Part shown: in pieces, positions 37,267-45,576 of the stretch
Numbering within the stretch: the first letter of the stretch is position 1
How the letters are laid out: the number at the start of each line of letters is the position of its first letter
Assembly: GCA_016928955.1 (NCBI GenBank)
Contig: JAFGJV010000012.1
Location: forward strand, 1-45,813
Source of the DNA: Spirochaetales bacterium
GTDB lineage: Bacteria > Spirochaetota > Spirochaetia > Treponematales > UBA12059
Reading direction: 5' to 3'
Length of the DNA stretch: 45,813 nucleotides
Made by a program: the position numbers and the translations under genes
Notes under the pieces: generated by a model
The model's database searches: none
What the model saw: the letters and a program-made list of their open reading frames with translations, nothing else
Told to the model about the DNA's origin: nothing

Positions 37267-38015
37267 GCATCAACGCTATCATCGTGACCGGGTACGGCAT
37301 CAACGCGGACGCCGAGCTTGCGGACGCCTTCAAGATGGCCGGGGCCGTTCCCCGCCGCGCGCACGCGGCCGATCTCCTGGCCGATCCCGCGCAACTGGCA
37401 TCGTGCTCCATCCTGGCCTTTCCCGGAGGGTTCTCCTTTGGCGACCACCTGGGCTCGGGCCTGGTGCTGGCCAACCTGTTCCGCTCGCGCATGGCCGCCG
37501 AACTCAAGGCCTTTGTTGCCGGCGGCGGCCTGGTCCTGGGTATATGCAACGGCTTCCAGACCCTGGTCAAGGCCGGTTTCCTGCCGGACCTTGACGGCAA
37601 CGGACAGCCGAGCGTCGCCCTGGTCCACAACGACCACGGCCGCTTTGTTGACGACTGGGTGGGCGTGCGTTTCGAACCGGCGAGCCGCTGCGTTTGGACG
37701 GCCGGCCTTGAGCCCCGGCTCCTGCCCATACGCCACGGCGAGGGCCGCTTTGTGGCCGACGACGCCACGCTCGGCCGCCTGGAGGCTAACGGCCTGGTGG
37801 CCCTGCGCTACGACGGGCGCAACCCCAACGGCTCGGTCCACGACATAGCGGGTATATGCGACCCCACGGGCCGCATCCTGGGCCTGATGCCCCATCCGGA
37901 GGCGTCCATACATCCGGACACCCATCCTGCGCGCAGGCGGCCGGGCAGGCAGCTCTTGGGCCTGGACCTGTTCAGGGCCGCCGTGCGCTGGCTGGAAGCC
38001 AACAATCCGGCATAA
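37263..38015 (+). CDS. purQ: FGAM synthase glutaminase subunit PurQ
   Basis: PGGFSFGD, GICNGFQ (catalytic Cys), NPNGS and LMPHPE; ATGA overlap with purL. Confidence 0.93.
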   Translation: MSINAIIVTGYGINADAELADAFKMAGAVPRRAHAADLLADPAQLASCSILAFPGGFSFGDHLGSGLVLANLFRSRMAAELKAFVAGGGLVLGICNGFQTLVKAGFLPDLDGNGQPSVALVHNDHGRFVDDWVGVRFEPASRCVWTAGLEPRLLPIRHGEGRFVADDATLGRLEANGLVALRYDGRNPNGSVHDIAGICDPTGRILGLMPHPEASIHPDTHPARRRPGRQLLGLDLFRAAVRWLEANNPA

Positions 38016-38094
38016 TGGCGATTGTGCCTGTCCGTGGGCTGGAAAGAGCGGGCGGCAGGCACTATACTGCACTCACGGGAGCGGAACGCCGTCA

Positions 38095-39138
38095 ATGAAC
38101 GACCAAAGCGAGCTTGAGCGCCTGAGGGACGACTACGAAAAGCAGGTTTTTGACCTGAAGCAGTTGCTCGAGGTGTCCAAGAGTCTCAATTCCACGCTGG
38201 ACTACAACATACTCATCGATTCCATCCTGTACACCATCATGGGGCAGATGAAGGTGCTCAAGGCCGCCCTCTACGCCAAAAAGGGCATAGACTCCACCTA
38301 CTTCAGCCTGCACCGCAACTACAAGGGCTTTGACGTAGAGCGTACCGTAAGCTACACCCTGCCGGAGGACGCGCCTGCCCTCAAGCTGTTTGCCAGGGAA
38401 TACCATCCCTACACCCTGGACGAGATACGGTCGGCTCTGGGCGACCTTGGCGGTCTGGACAGCATGGCCAGGCTCCAGCCCAGCCTGATTATCCCGCTCA
38501 AGGCCAAGGGCCAGATCAACGGCATCATTATCCTGGGCGACCAGATCATGGGCTCGGGTTTCACGGAAGGCGAGCGGGAGTACGTGCAGAACATAGCCGT
38601 GCTGGCCGCCATAGCCATCAACAACGCCTTCCTGTTCGAGATGACCACCACGGACATGATGACCAAGCTCCGGATGAAGCACTATTTCTACACCGTGCTG
38701 ATGGAGCGGATGGAGCAGTCGTCCCTGAGCGGCAGGCCCTTGTCCGTGGTCATGATGGACATAGACCACTTCAAGAAATTCAACGACACCTACGGCCATT
38801 CCTGCGGCGACGTGGTGCTCAAGCAGGTGGCCCAGCTCATCCAGTCCCACATCCGTGGCAACGACGTGGCCGCCCGTTACGGCGGCGAGGAATTCTGCCT
38901 CTTGTTGCCGGACACCGACCTGAGCGTGGCCGCCAAGATAGCCGAGCGCATACGCCAGAGCGTGGGCGCCACCGTCATAGAGTACGAAGGGCAAAAACTC
39001 AACGTGTTCATATCCCTGGGCGCAGCCCAGTTCGATTCGTCCCGCGACCTGTCCGGCAAGTCCCTGATAGACCGCGCTGACAAGGCCCTGTACCGCTCCA
39101 AGCAGGAGGGCCGCAACCGGGTGTCCGTGTCGGAATGA
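38095..39138 (+). CDS. GAF-GGDEF diguanylate cyclase (DgcA-like)
   Basis: GAF region; DIDHFKKFNDTYGH, RGND I-site and RYGGEEF active site. Confidence 0.92.
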   Translation: MNDQSELERLRDDYEKQVFDLKQLLEVSKSLNSTLDYNILIDSILYTIMGQMKVLKAALYAKKGIDSTYFSLHRNYKGFDVERTVSYTLPEDAPALKLFAREYHPYTLDEIRSALGDLGGLDSMARLQPSLIIPLKAKGQINGIIILGDQIMGSGFTEGEREYVQNIAVLAAIAINNAFLFEMTTTDMMTKLRMKHYFYTVLMERMEQSSLSGRPLSVVMMDIDHFKKFNDTYGHSCGDVVLKQVAQLIQSHIRGNDVAARYGGEEFCLLLPDTDLSVAAKIAERIRQSVGATVIEYEGQKLNVFISLGAAQFDSSRDLSGKSLIDRADKALYRSKQEGRNRVSVSE

Positions 39139-39455
39139 GCGCCCTTATCAGGCTGGAAGCCCCCGACCGGCCGCCGTCCAGCTTTGAAGCCGGCGTCCTG
39201 GACAGCCTTCTGGTGGCTGCCCAGCGCTCCGGCGCCCGGCTCCGCCACGATTGCGGCGGCAAGGCCCTATGCGGCACCTGCAGGGTGCGCGTCCTGGACG
39301 GGCGCCTGGGGCCCGTGTCGGCGCGGGAAGCCGCCCGTTTGTCGGAAACCGGCCAGAGCCTGGACGGATCGGTGCGCCTGGCCTGCCAGGCCCGCGCCCT
39401 GTCAGACGCCCGCCTGGTCGCCCTTGAACCCCTGAAACCGGCAGGAAACCCATGA
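39135..39455 (+). CDS. 2Fe-2S ferredoxin-like protein
   Basis: CGGKALCGTC...RLACQ; ATGA overlaps at both ends. Confidence 0.88.
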   Translation: MSALIRLEAPDRPPSSFEAGVLDSLLVAAQRSGARLRHDCGGKALCGTCRVRVLDGRLGPVSAREAARLSETGQSLDGSVRLACQARALSDARLVALEPLKPAGNP

Positions 39456-41089
39456 CCATGACCACGCATCGACACAACGCGCCCTGGTGGCAGACGGCCG
39501 TCTTCTACCAGATATACCCGCGCAGTTTCCAGGATTCCAACGGCGACGGCGTGGGCGACCTCAAGGGCATCACATCCCGCCTGGACTACCTGTCACAGTT
39601 TGGCGTGGACGCCCTGTGGATCAGCCCCTTCTTCAAGAGTCCCATGCGCGACTTTGGCTACGACATATCCGACTACCGCGCCGTGGACAGCCTGTTCGGC
39701 GGCATGGACGACTTCAGGGAGCTTCTGGCCGCCGCCCACGGCCGCGGCATCCGGGTGGTCATAGACCTGGTAGTCAACCATTCGTCGGACGAGCATCCCT
39801 GGTTCGCCGAGGCACGCTCGTCGCGGAGCAACCCCAAGCACGACTGGTATATTTGGCGCCCCATGAACGGGCCCAGGCGGCCGAACAACTGGGTGAGCCT
39901 GTTCGAGCAAAAGTCCGCGTGGCAGCCCAACCCGGCCACCGGCGAGTGGTTTCTGGGCACCTTTACCAGGAACCAGCCCGAGTTCGACTGGCGCAATCCC
40001 GAACTCCGCAAGGCCATCTATGACGTGGCGCGCTTCTGGCTGGACCTGGGAGCGGACGGCTTCCGCATGGACGTTGCCACGGCCTATGTCAAGGACGACC
40101 AGTTCAGGTCCAATCCCTTCAAGTGGAACCTGTCGCCTGACATATTCCAGGAGCATATCTACGACCGCAACCGCCCGGAGGTGCACGGCATCTTCCGCGA
40201 GTTCCGGGCGGTGGCCCAGTCCTATCCCGGCGACCGCGTCCTGATAGGCGAGACGCACGGCCGCGACCCGGCCCTGGCGGCGTCTTGCCACGGCTCGGGC
40301 GACGAGCTCCACATGGCGTTCAACTTTGAGTTCCTGTTCAGCCCCTGGGGGGCGCGCGCCTTCCGCGAGCGGGCGGAGCGCTGGTACAAGTTCCTGCCCC
40401 AGGGCGCCTGGCCTAATTTTACCCTGTCCAACCACGACCAGAGGCGGCACTACGCCCGCTACGGCAAGCGCGACGCGGATGCCCGCGCGCGGGTGGCCGC
40501 CGCCATGCTCCTGTGCCTCCGTGGCACGCCCTTCCTTTATTATGGGGAGGAAATAGGCATGACCTGCAGGCGCCTTGGCCGGGCGGCCCTGCGCGATCCC
40601 CTGGGCATAGCCACCTGGCCGCTGTCTGGCTACGGCCGCGACCCCGAGCGCACGCCCATGCAGTGGGACGACAGCCCGGGCGCGGGGTTCACCTCGGGGA
40701 CGCCGTGGCTACCCGTCAATCCGGATTTCCCGACCAGGAATGTCCGCGCCCAGATGGCCGACCCAGGCTCGCTGTGGTCCTGGTACGCCGGCCTTATACG
40801 CCTGCGCAAGGCCGAGCCGGCCCTGGCCCTTGGTTCCTTGACCTGGCTGGACGCCCCGCCGGACGTCATGGCCTGGACGCGGGAACTGGACGGCCGGAGC
40901 GTGTCCGTGTACCTGAACTTTGGCCCGCGCCGGCGCGAGCTTGCGGTGCGGGGCGGGAGCGCGCTTGCGGCCTGGTCGCCCACACGAGGGTATGGCAAAG
41001 GCGGGCCGAACCGGGGCGACGCTGTGCCGGCCAGCCGGCGCGTCCTGGAAGGCTACGGCATCCTGATCGTCGGTGAAGGCACCCGCTAG
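39452..41089 (+). CDS. GH13 alpha-glucosidase/oligo-1,6-glucosidase
   Basis: YQIYPRSFQDSNGDG, DLVVNH, GFRMDV, IGE, SNHD and RTPMQW motifs. Confidence 0.93.
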   Translation: MTMTTHRHNAPWWQTAVFYQIYPRSFQDSNGDGVGDLKGITSRLDYLSQFGVDALWISPFFKSPMRDFGYDISDYRAVDSLFGGMDDFRELLAAAHGRGIRVVIDLVVNHSSDEHPWFAEARSSRSNPKHDWYIWRPMNGPRRPNNWVSLFEQKSAWQPNPATGEWFLGTFTRNQPEFDWRNPELRKAIYDVARFWLDLGADGFRMDVATAYVKDDQFRSNPFKWNLSPDIFQEHIYDRNRPEVHGIFREFRAVAQSYPGDRVLIGETHGRDPALAASCHGSGDELHMAFNFEFLFSPWGARAFRERAERWYKFLPQGAWPNFTLSNHDQRRHYARYGKRDADARARVAAAMLLCLRGTPFLYYGEEIGMTCRRLGRAALRDPLGIATWPLSGYGRDPERTPMQWDDSPGAGFTSGTPWLPVNPDFPTRNVRAQMADPGSLWSWYAGLIRLRKAEPALALGSLTWLDAPPDVMAWTRELDGRSVSVYLNFGPRRRELAVRGGSALAAWSPTRGYGKGGPNRGDAVPASRRVLEGYGILIVGEGTR

Positions 41090-41175
41090 CCCGTAGCATC
41101 AAACCCCTTGCGGAGCGTACCTTTGCGTAGTATCGTGCCCTGGCGCCGGTGCGGACGGGCGGCAAGGAGAGCTCC

Positions 41176-42198
41176 ATGGTTGAACGACGACACGCCCTCG
41201 AGTCCATCAAGGAAACCGAGCGGGCCATCAAGACCATCAAGGATTTTTTCCAGGACCAGCTGGCCAGCGAGCTCAGGCTCAGCCGCGTCACCGCGCCCCT
41301 GTTCCTGCCAGCGGGCACGGGCCTCAACGACGACCTGAACGGCGTTGAGCGACCGGTCAGCTTTGCCGTGCCGGCCCTCGGCGGCGCGCAGATAGAGGTG
41401 GTGCAGTCGCTCGCAAAATGGAAGCGCCACGCCCTGGCCATGTACGGCTTTGAGCCCGGCTACGGCCTGTACACGGACATGAACGCCATCCGCCCGGACG
41501 AAAACCTGGATGAGGTGCATTCCCTGTACGTGGACCAGTGGGACTGGGAAAAGGTGATACTCCCGGAACAGCGTACGCTTGCCTATCTCAAGACAACCGT
41601 GCGCGGCATATACGGATCGCTCAGGCGCCTGGAATTCCACCTGCACGAGCGCTACCCGGACCTGCCCCTGGAACTGCCGGACGACATACGCTTTGTCCAC
41701 GCCGAGGAGGCGCGCGCCCTCTATCCCGCCTTGTCGCCAAAACAGCGGGAGGATGAACTGGCCCGCGAGCACGGCGCCGTGTTCGTCATGGGCATAGGCG
41801 GCGAGCTTTCCGACGGCATCCCGCACGACGGCCGCGCCCCCGACTACGACGACTGGAGCACGCCCAACGAGGACGGCTATTCCGGGTTGAACGGGGACAT
41901 CCTGGTGTGGAATTCCACGCTCGGCCGGGCCCTGGAGCTGTCGTCCATGGGCATACGCGTGGACCCAGCCGCCCTGGAGCGCCAGCTGGACCTGCGCGGC
42001 GCGGGGGACCGGAGGAACCTGGACTTCCACAGAAGGCTCCTGGCCGGCCAGCTTCCCCTGACCATGGGCGGAGGCATAGGCCAGTCCCGGCTGTGCCTCC
42101 ATTTCCTCCGCAAGTCGCACATTGGCGAGATCCAGGTGGGCCAGTGGCCGGAGGGCATGCGGAAGTCGTGCATGGAAAGAGGAATACGCTTGCTGTAA
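41176..42198 (+). CDS. asnA: Aspartate--ammonia ligase
   Basis: LNDDLNGVER, EVVQSLAKWKR, VDQWDWEK, HDGRAPDYDDW, ELSSMGIRV and GGGIGQSR; AAGGAG SD before ATG 41176. Confidence 0.96.
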   Translation: MVERRHALESIKETERAIKTIKDFFQDQLASELRLSRVTAPLFLPAGTGLNDDLNGVERPVSFAVPALGGAQIEVVQSLAKWKRHALAMYGFEPGYGLYTDMNAIRPDENLDEVHSLYVDQWDWEKVILPEQRTLAYLKTTVRGIYGSLRRLEFHLHERYPDLPLELPDDIRFVHAEEARALYPALSPKQREDELAREHGAVFVMGIGGELSDGIPHDGRAPDYDDWSTPNEDGYSGLNGDILVWNSTLGRALELSSMGIRVDPAALERQLDLRGAGDRRNLDFHRRLLAGQLPLTMGGGIGQSRLCLHFLRKSHIGEIQVGQWPEGMRKSCMERGIRLL

Positions 42199-42225
42199 TG
42201 CGTGAGTCTCCTGAGGCGGCCTACC

Positions 42226-43221
42226 TCAATCGAATACGTCGTCTATTTTCCGGATCATGAAATCCATGATGCCATAGACGCTGTGTACGCTTCCGTCCTC
42301 AGACATGAAACAGCCGAAGCTCCGGAGGAAATATTGGGTCTTGGAGGAAGGGGCGGTTTCTTCACTGTGATAGGCCAGCATGGAGTCGCTGATGACGAAT
42401 ACAATCGTCTCGCCGGAGCCCGTGGTGACGAGGGCTGAATTTGTCATGGTGTTGAGTCTGGGATTCCTGGTGCTCTGGGCCAGGAATCCGATGAATCGTT
42501 TCAGTACGCTGTCCTCTCCAATGGCTTTGAAGCCTGACAGCGTGTCCACCCAAAGACGGTTTGTAAAAGCTAAGTCGTAGTTGAAGCTTGTGCCGCTCGG
42601 CTTGGGTCCCTCGATGGGAAATGCTACCAGGTCATCCACGTCCTCGATCGGAAAAAAGGACAGGTAGTCTAGCGTCCCTGTTTCCATGAGCCACATGCCA
42701 GGGTAGAGGAAAACGTCATCCACCCCCGGCAGCGTGCCGGCGCCGCGACCCCCGGCCAAGGCCAATACGTGAACGTTGAAATCGCCCACCGTGAATACCA
42801 CGATCTTCACATCCTTGCCGGCGTTGAAAGGCAGTTCCTCATTGGCCATAGTGCCGATATCCTGACTCACCGTGACCTTGTCGCCAGCCTCAACATGATC
42901 AGGCACGCGAACATTCGCGTAAAGGACATAAAACACGCTTTCCAGTTCACTGCCGCCAAGGTAGTATGTCGAGGATGATTTCACGACGATACCTCCGCCA
43001 AAAACGCCGTGGAACTGGTCGCCAGAAAATACGGCTTCGACCGTCCCGGAGCGTAGCGGCTTCAAGGTATCGAAGGATATCCCGAAGGATATACCGTCGA
43101 CGCCTTCCTGGTTTTCGACCATGAAGTCGGCTATCCTGCCGAGGCCGTCTGCGGCGCTCGATTGGGCCGCGCAATACGCGGCGGCGAGGATGGCCATGCA
43201 GGCAACAAAGGCTCGTTTTAT
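42226..43221 (-). CDS. Secreted hypothetical protein with degenerate M23/LytM-like segment (start uncertain)
   Basis: Signal-like (I)KRAFVACMAILAAAYCAA; YVLYANVR...VEAGDKVTVSQDIG resembles the M23 core without its His ligand. Candidate starts: ATG 43263, ATA 43221, ATG 43197. Confidence 0.6.
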   Translation of the reverse strand: MKRAFVACMAILAAAYCAAQSSAADGLGRIADFMVENQEGVDGISFGISFDTLKPLRSGTVEAVFSGDQFHGVFGGGIVVKSSSTYYLGGSELESVFYVLYANVRVPDHVEAGDKVTVSQDIGTMANEELPFNAGKDVKIVVFTVGDFNVHVLALAGGRGAGTLPGVDDVFLYPGMWLMETGTLDYLSFFPIEDVDDLVAFPIEGPKPSGTSFNYDLAFTNRLWVDTLSGFKAIGEDSVLKRFIGFLAQSTRNPRLNTMTNSALVTTGSGETIVFVISDSMLAYHSEETAPSSKTQYFLRSFGCFMSEDGSVHSVYGIMDFMIRKIDDVFD

Positions 43222-43287
43222 GGGTGTCTCCGTGAGGGGCGAATCCCTTGAGTATAATCGCATCTAGTGCTTTTCGGAATCCCTATT

Positions 43288-43394
43288 GGGAACCTCTAAA
43301 ACCCCCATGGGTATTAGAGGTTCCCTGCGTTTTCGGCGGAAAACACAGGGTTTCTAAGGTAACCCTCTAAAAACTGAAGTTTTTAGAGGCTCCC
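43288..43394. repeat. Composite palindrome cluster (REP doublet/BIME- or MITE-like)
   Basis: Hairpin 43288-43325 (12-bp perfect arms GGGAACCTCTAA/TTAGAGGTTCCC), linker hairpin 43323-43350, hairpin 43364-43389 (11-bp perfect CCTCTAAAAAC/GTTTTTAGAGG); the outer ends of the whole unit are also inverted repeats. Confidence 0.8.
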
Positions 43395-43606
43395 TTTTGT
43401 AAATTTCGAGCAATATGGTAAAACTAATTGCGTATGCTTATATTACTAGGCGATGTTTCTTATCATAGTGTGTATTGTTGCTTGTACTGATCTGGAAAGA
43501 AGCATGGGAAATTATGAGAGCTATGTGAGTGTGCTTTGAATAGAGTCGTCGATGCAGCAAAGGGTTATACTGTAATTATTAGCAGAAGCCGGGGGCGCAT
43601 TAAGAA

Positions 43607-44140
43607 ATGCCAATCATAATCGCTATTCTAGCATTCGCGGCGCAGTTTTTAGTTAAAGAATAATATGGTTCCTTTATTTCGCTATTCGGAATGGTATTTC
43701 TGTGTGCTGTAATTCATTATGCGAAACCTGATGTTAGATTTAATAAACTTAGTTTTATATTGGCGCCCTTTTTTGTTTTGGCGGTCGACGCGTCAAATTA
43801 CTTGATTTCTGGCAGCTATTTTCCAACGATAGGTCTTTTTGTGGCAGCTTTCATAGAAGAAGTGGTGTATAGATTCTATCTAGATGATGAGTTGTCAAAA
43901 TATCATAGCAGCGGGTGCTCGGGAATGATCTCTCTAGGAGTTTTCTTACTCATTCATGTACCCAAATATTTGGACAGACTTCAGTCTTATCTTATTTTAG
44001 GTTTTGCGACAACCTTTTTTCTTTATTACAAACGTAAGACAAGAGATTTGATGCTGGTCAGCATACTCCATTTTGGTTTCAATTCATTTCTCATGTTATT
44101 TCTATTGCCAATTGTTGAATTCATTCTTTATGGATCATAA
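43607..44140 (+). pseudogene. CPBP family (CAAX/Abi) intramembrane protease, in-frame TAA at codon 19 (or truncated product from ATG 43691)
   Basis: FIEEVVYR, FLLIH and LHFGFN motifs; upstream in-frame MPIIIAILAFAAQFLVKE*YGSFISLFGM with TAA at 43661-43663. Confidence 0.7.
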
Positions 44141-44235
44141 GACCAAGATTTGTTCGTTGTTAATATATAGGGCCGGAACCATATTAGAAGCCAAGGAGTA
44201 TCATGATTGGAGCCTCTATGCAAAAGCGAAAAACT

Positions 44236-44266
44236 TTGACAAATTTCCCCAGGTGGCGAATATTTT
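44236..44266 (+). promoter_or_regulatory. Possible promoter of the peptide gene (TTGACA ... TATTTT)
   Basis: Perfect -35 at 44236-44241; -10-like TATTTT at 19-nt spacing (suboptimal); AAGGAG SD at 44275-44280. Confidence 0.4.
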
Positions 44267-44286
44267 TAATGTCCAAGGAGAAGCGT

Positions 44287-44658
44287 ATGAAAAAGCTGTT
44301 GCTGTTGTTGGTTCTGGCGCTCTGCGCCGGGCTGGGGCTGTGGGCCCAGGAGGCCGCCGTGGATCCCTTTGCTGCCATCGAAGCGGAGGAGCTCTGCGCC
44401 GAAGAGATGAAAATGGTTCAGGGCGGATTGCCGCGTAGGGCTGGAGATGTCACCATGTCTATTGATGGTGTGTCAGGTGGGTACCTGAATCAGTGGCAGG
44501 CGAATTTGCATAGCGGGTATAACACTGGAGATGATTATTACCCGGCATCTACAGCAAAAGAAAGACGAAAAGAAATAAAAAAAGTTATTGGTATTACTAG
44601 GTATGTCCTGAATTTTTGGGACAACTTGCTTGGCGGAATCTCTGAAGAACTCGAATAA
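44287..44658 (+). CDS. Secreted precursor: Sec signal, acidic double-glycine-type leader and 76-aa core (bacteriocin/peptide-signal-like), 123 aa
   Basis: MKKLLLLLVLALCAGLGLWA|QEAAVDPFAAIEAEELCAEEMKMVQGG|LPRR...; strong SD; followed by a terminator; CPBP genes on both sides. Confidence 0.8.
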   Translation: MKKLLLLLVLALCAGLGLWAQEAAVDPFAAIEAEELCAEEMKMVQGGLPRRAGDVTMSIDGVSGGYLNQWQANLHSGYNTGDDYYPASTAKERRKEIKKVIGITRYVLNFWDNLLGGISEELE

Positions 44659-44666
44659 TTAGCCTG

Positions 44667-44697
44667 CTACTGGCAAAGCCATTTGCTTTGCCAGTAG
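44667..44697 (+). terminator. Intrinsic terminator-like hairpin
   Basis: 13-bp perfect stem CTACTGGCAAAGC/GCTTTGCCAGTAG, 5-nt loop, followed by TCTTCAATTTT; begins 8 nt after the stop. Confidence 0.75.
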
Positions 44698-44841
44698 TCT
44701 TCAATTTTACTCACATCGACAGCGGTATGCTACAAAAATAAAAGCACTGTAGCTGTTGACAACTCGCATTTGCGGTTTTTCAACATCTTGTTGCTATAAG
44801 TGAGAGGGGGGCATGAGAAGTGCCCCCGTTGGTGGTGAAAA

Positions 44842-45573
44842 ATGGATGATTTCTTGAAAAAACTATTAGGGAATTCAGTAGGCCGGGCAGGAGTTATTTT
44901 ACTTATTAATACCATTCTACTTTTTTTGCTAGTCCTAGGTGCTAAGCTATCCAAAAAGAAAGCATTCTTTCGCGGTTTGTGCATCGTTTTATATAACATA
45001 GTGCTTTCTGAATTCATCTATACAGCAATAATAGCGTTTGTCAATTATAATTACCAAAAATGGCTGGTTGGGCAGTTTTTAGTCATGATCTTTCTTGGGC
45101 TTTTACAGTCAAGTGTGATTTATATGTCATATTGCTTATTTCAAAAGGCAATAGGTGTTAATGTTGGAAAGAATTTATTGAACTCAATGGTGGTGAAAAA
45201 AGGTGATTTATTTCCTATGGTAAAGAGTTTGATTTTTCCGTTGATTTATCTGGTGGTCTTTATCACTGCGAGAGGCCGGCATCGTATTGTATTAGAACCT
45301 CTACAAATCGTCAACTTGGTCGTCCTAACACCAATAATCGAAGAATTCATATTCAGGTTTTCGATACCGCAAATGCTCAAAAAAGAAAAACTTGCGTTGG
45401 GATACATTTCTATTTTGTCAATTGTCTTCGCGCTTCTCCATCCTGCGGACGCGAAGTTGTTTGCCCTATTTTTTTCAATGTATGTGTATTCTGTTTATAA
45501 TAAAATCGGCAAATTAAGCGCAACAATAATTATCCATAGTATTTCGAATTTTGTGTACGTTTATTGGATGTAG
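44842..45573 (+). CDS. CPBP family (CAAX/Abi) intramembrane glutamic protease
   Basis: PIIEEFIFR, FALLH and IHSISN motifs; multiple TM helices. Confidence 0.88.
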   Translation: MDDFLKKLLGNSVGRAGVILLINTILLFLLVLGAKLSKKKAFFRGLCIVLYNIVLSEFIYTAIIAFVNYNYQKWLVGQFLVMIFLGLLQSSVIYMSYCLFQKAIGVNVGKNLLNSMVVKKGDLFPMVKSLIFPLIYLVVFITARGRHRIVLEPLQIVNLVVLTPIIEEFIFRFSIPQMLKKEKLALGYISILSIVFALLHPADAKLFALFFSMYVYSVYNKIGKLSATIIIHSISNFVYVYWM

Positions 45574-45576
45574 ATT

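Noticed and set aside
1..42200. Many long overlapping or antisense ORFs in the six-frame track (e.g. 26673-28829 minus, 424-1593 plus, 36807-38072 minus)
   Set aside because: Shadow ORFs expected in high-GC DNA; they overlap genes with clear family motifs and show none themselves.
43288..43394. Palindromes as a mini CRISPR array
   Set aside because: Only two imperfect copies, the intervening sequence is itself a hairpin, related copies are dispersed singly, and no cas genes are present.
43400..43540. Short ORFs at the island start, e.g. MFLIIVCIVACTDLERSMGNYESYVSVL
   Set aside because: Under 30 codons, no clear SD and no recognisable motif; may be gene remnants but cannot be supported.
44203..44286. 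Longer N-terminus of the peptide ORF given by the ORF track
   Set aside because: The AAGGAG SD and signal peptide define ATG 44287; the extension overlaps the putative promoter.
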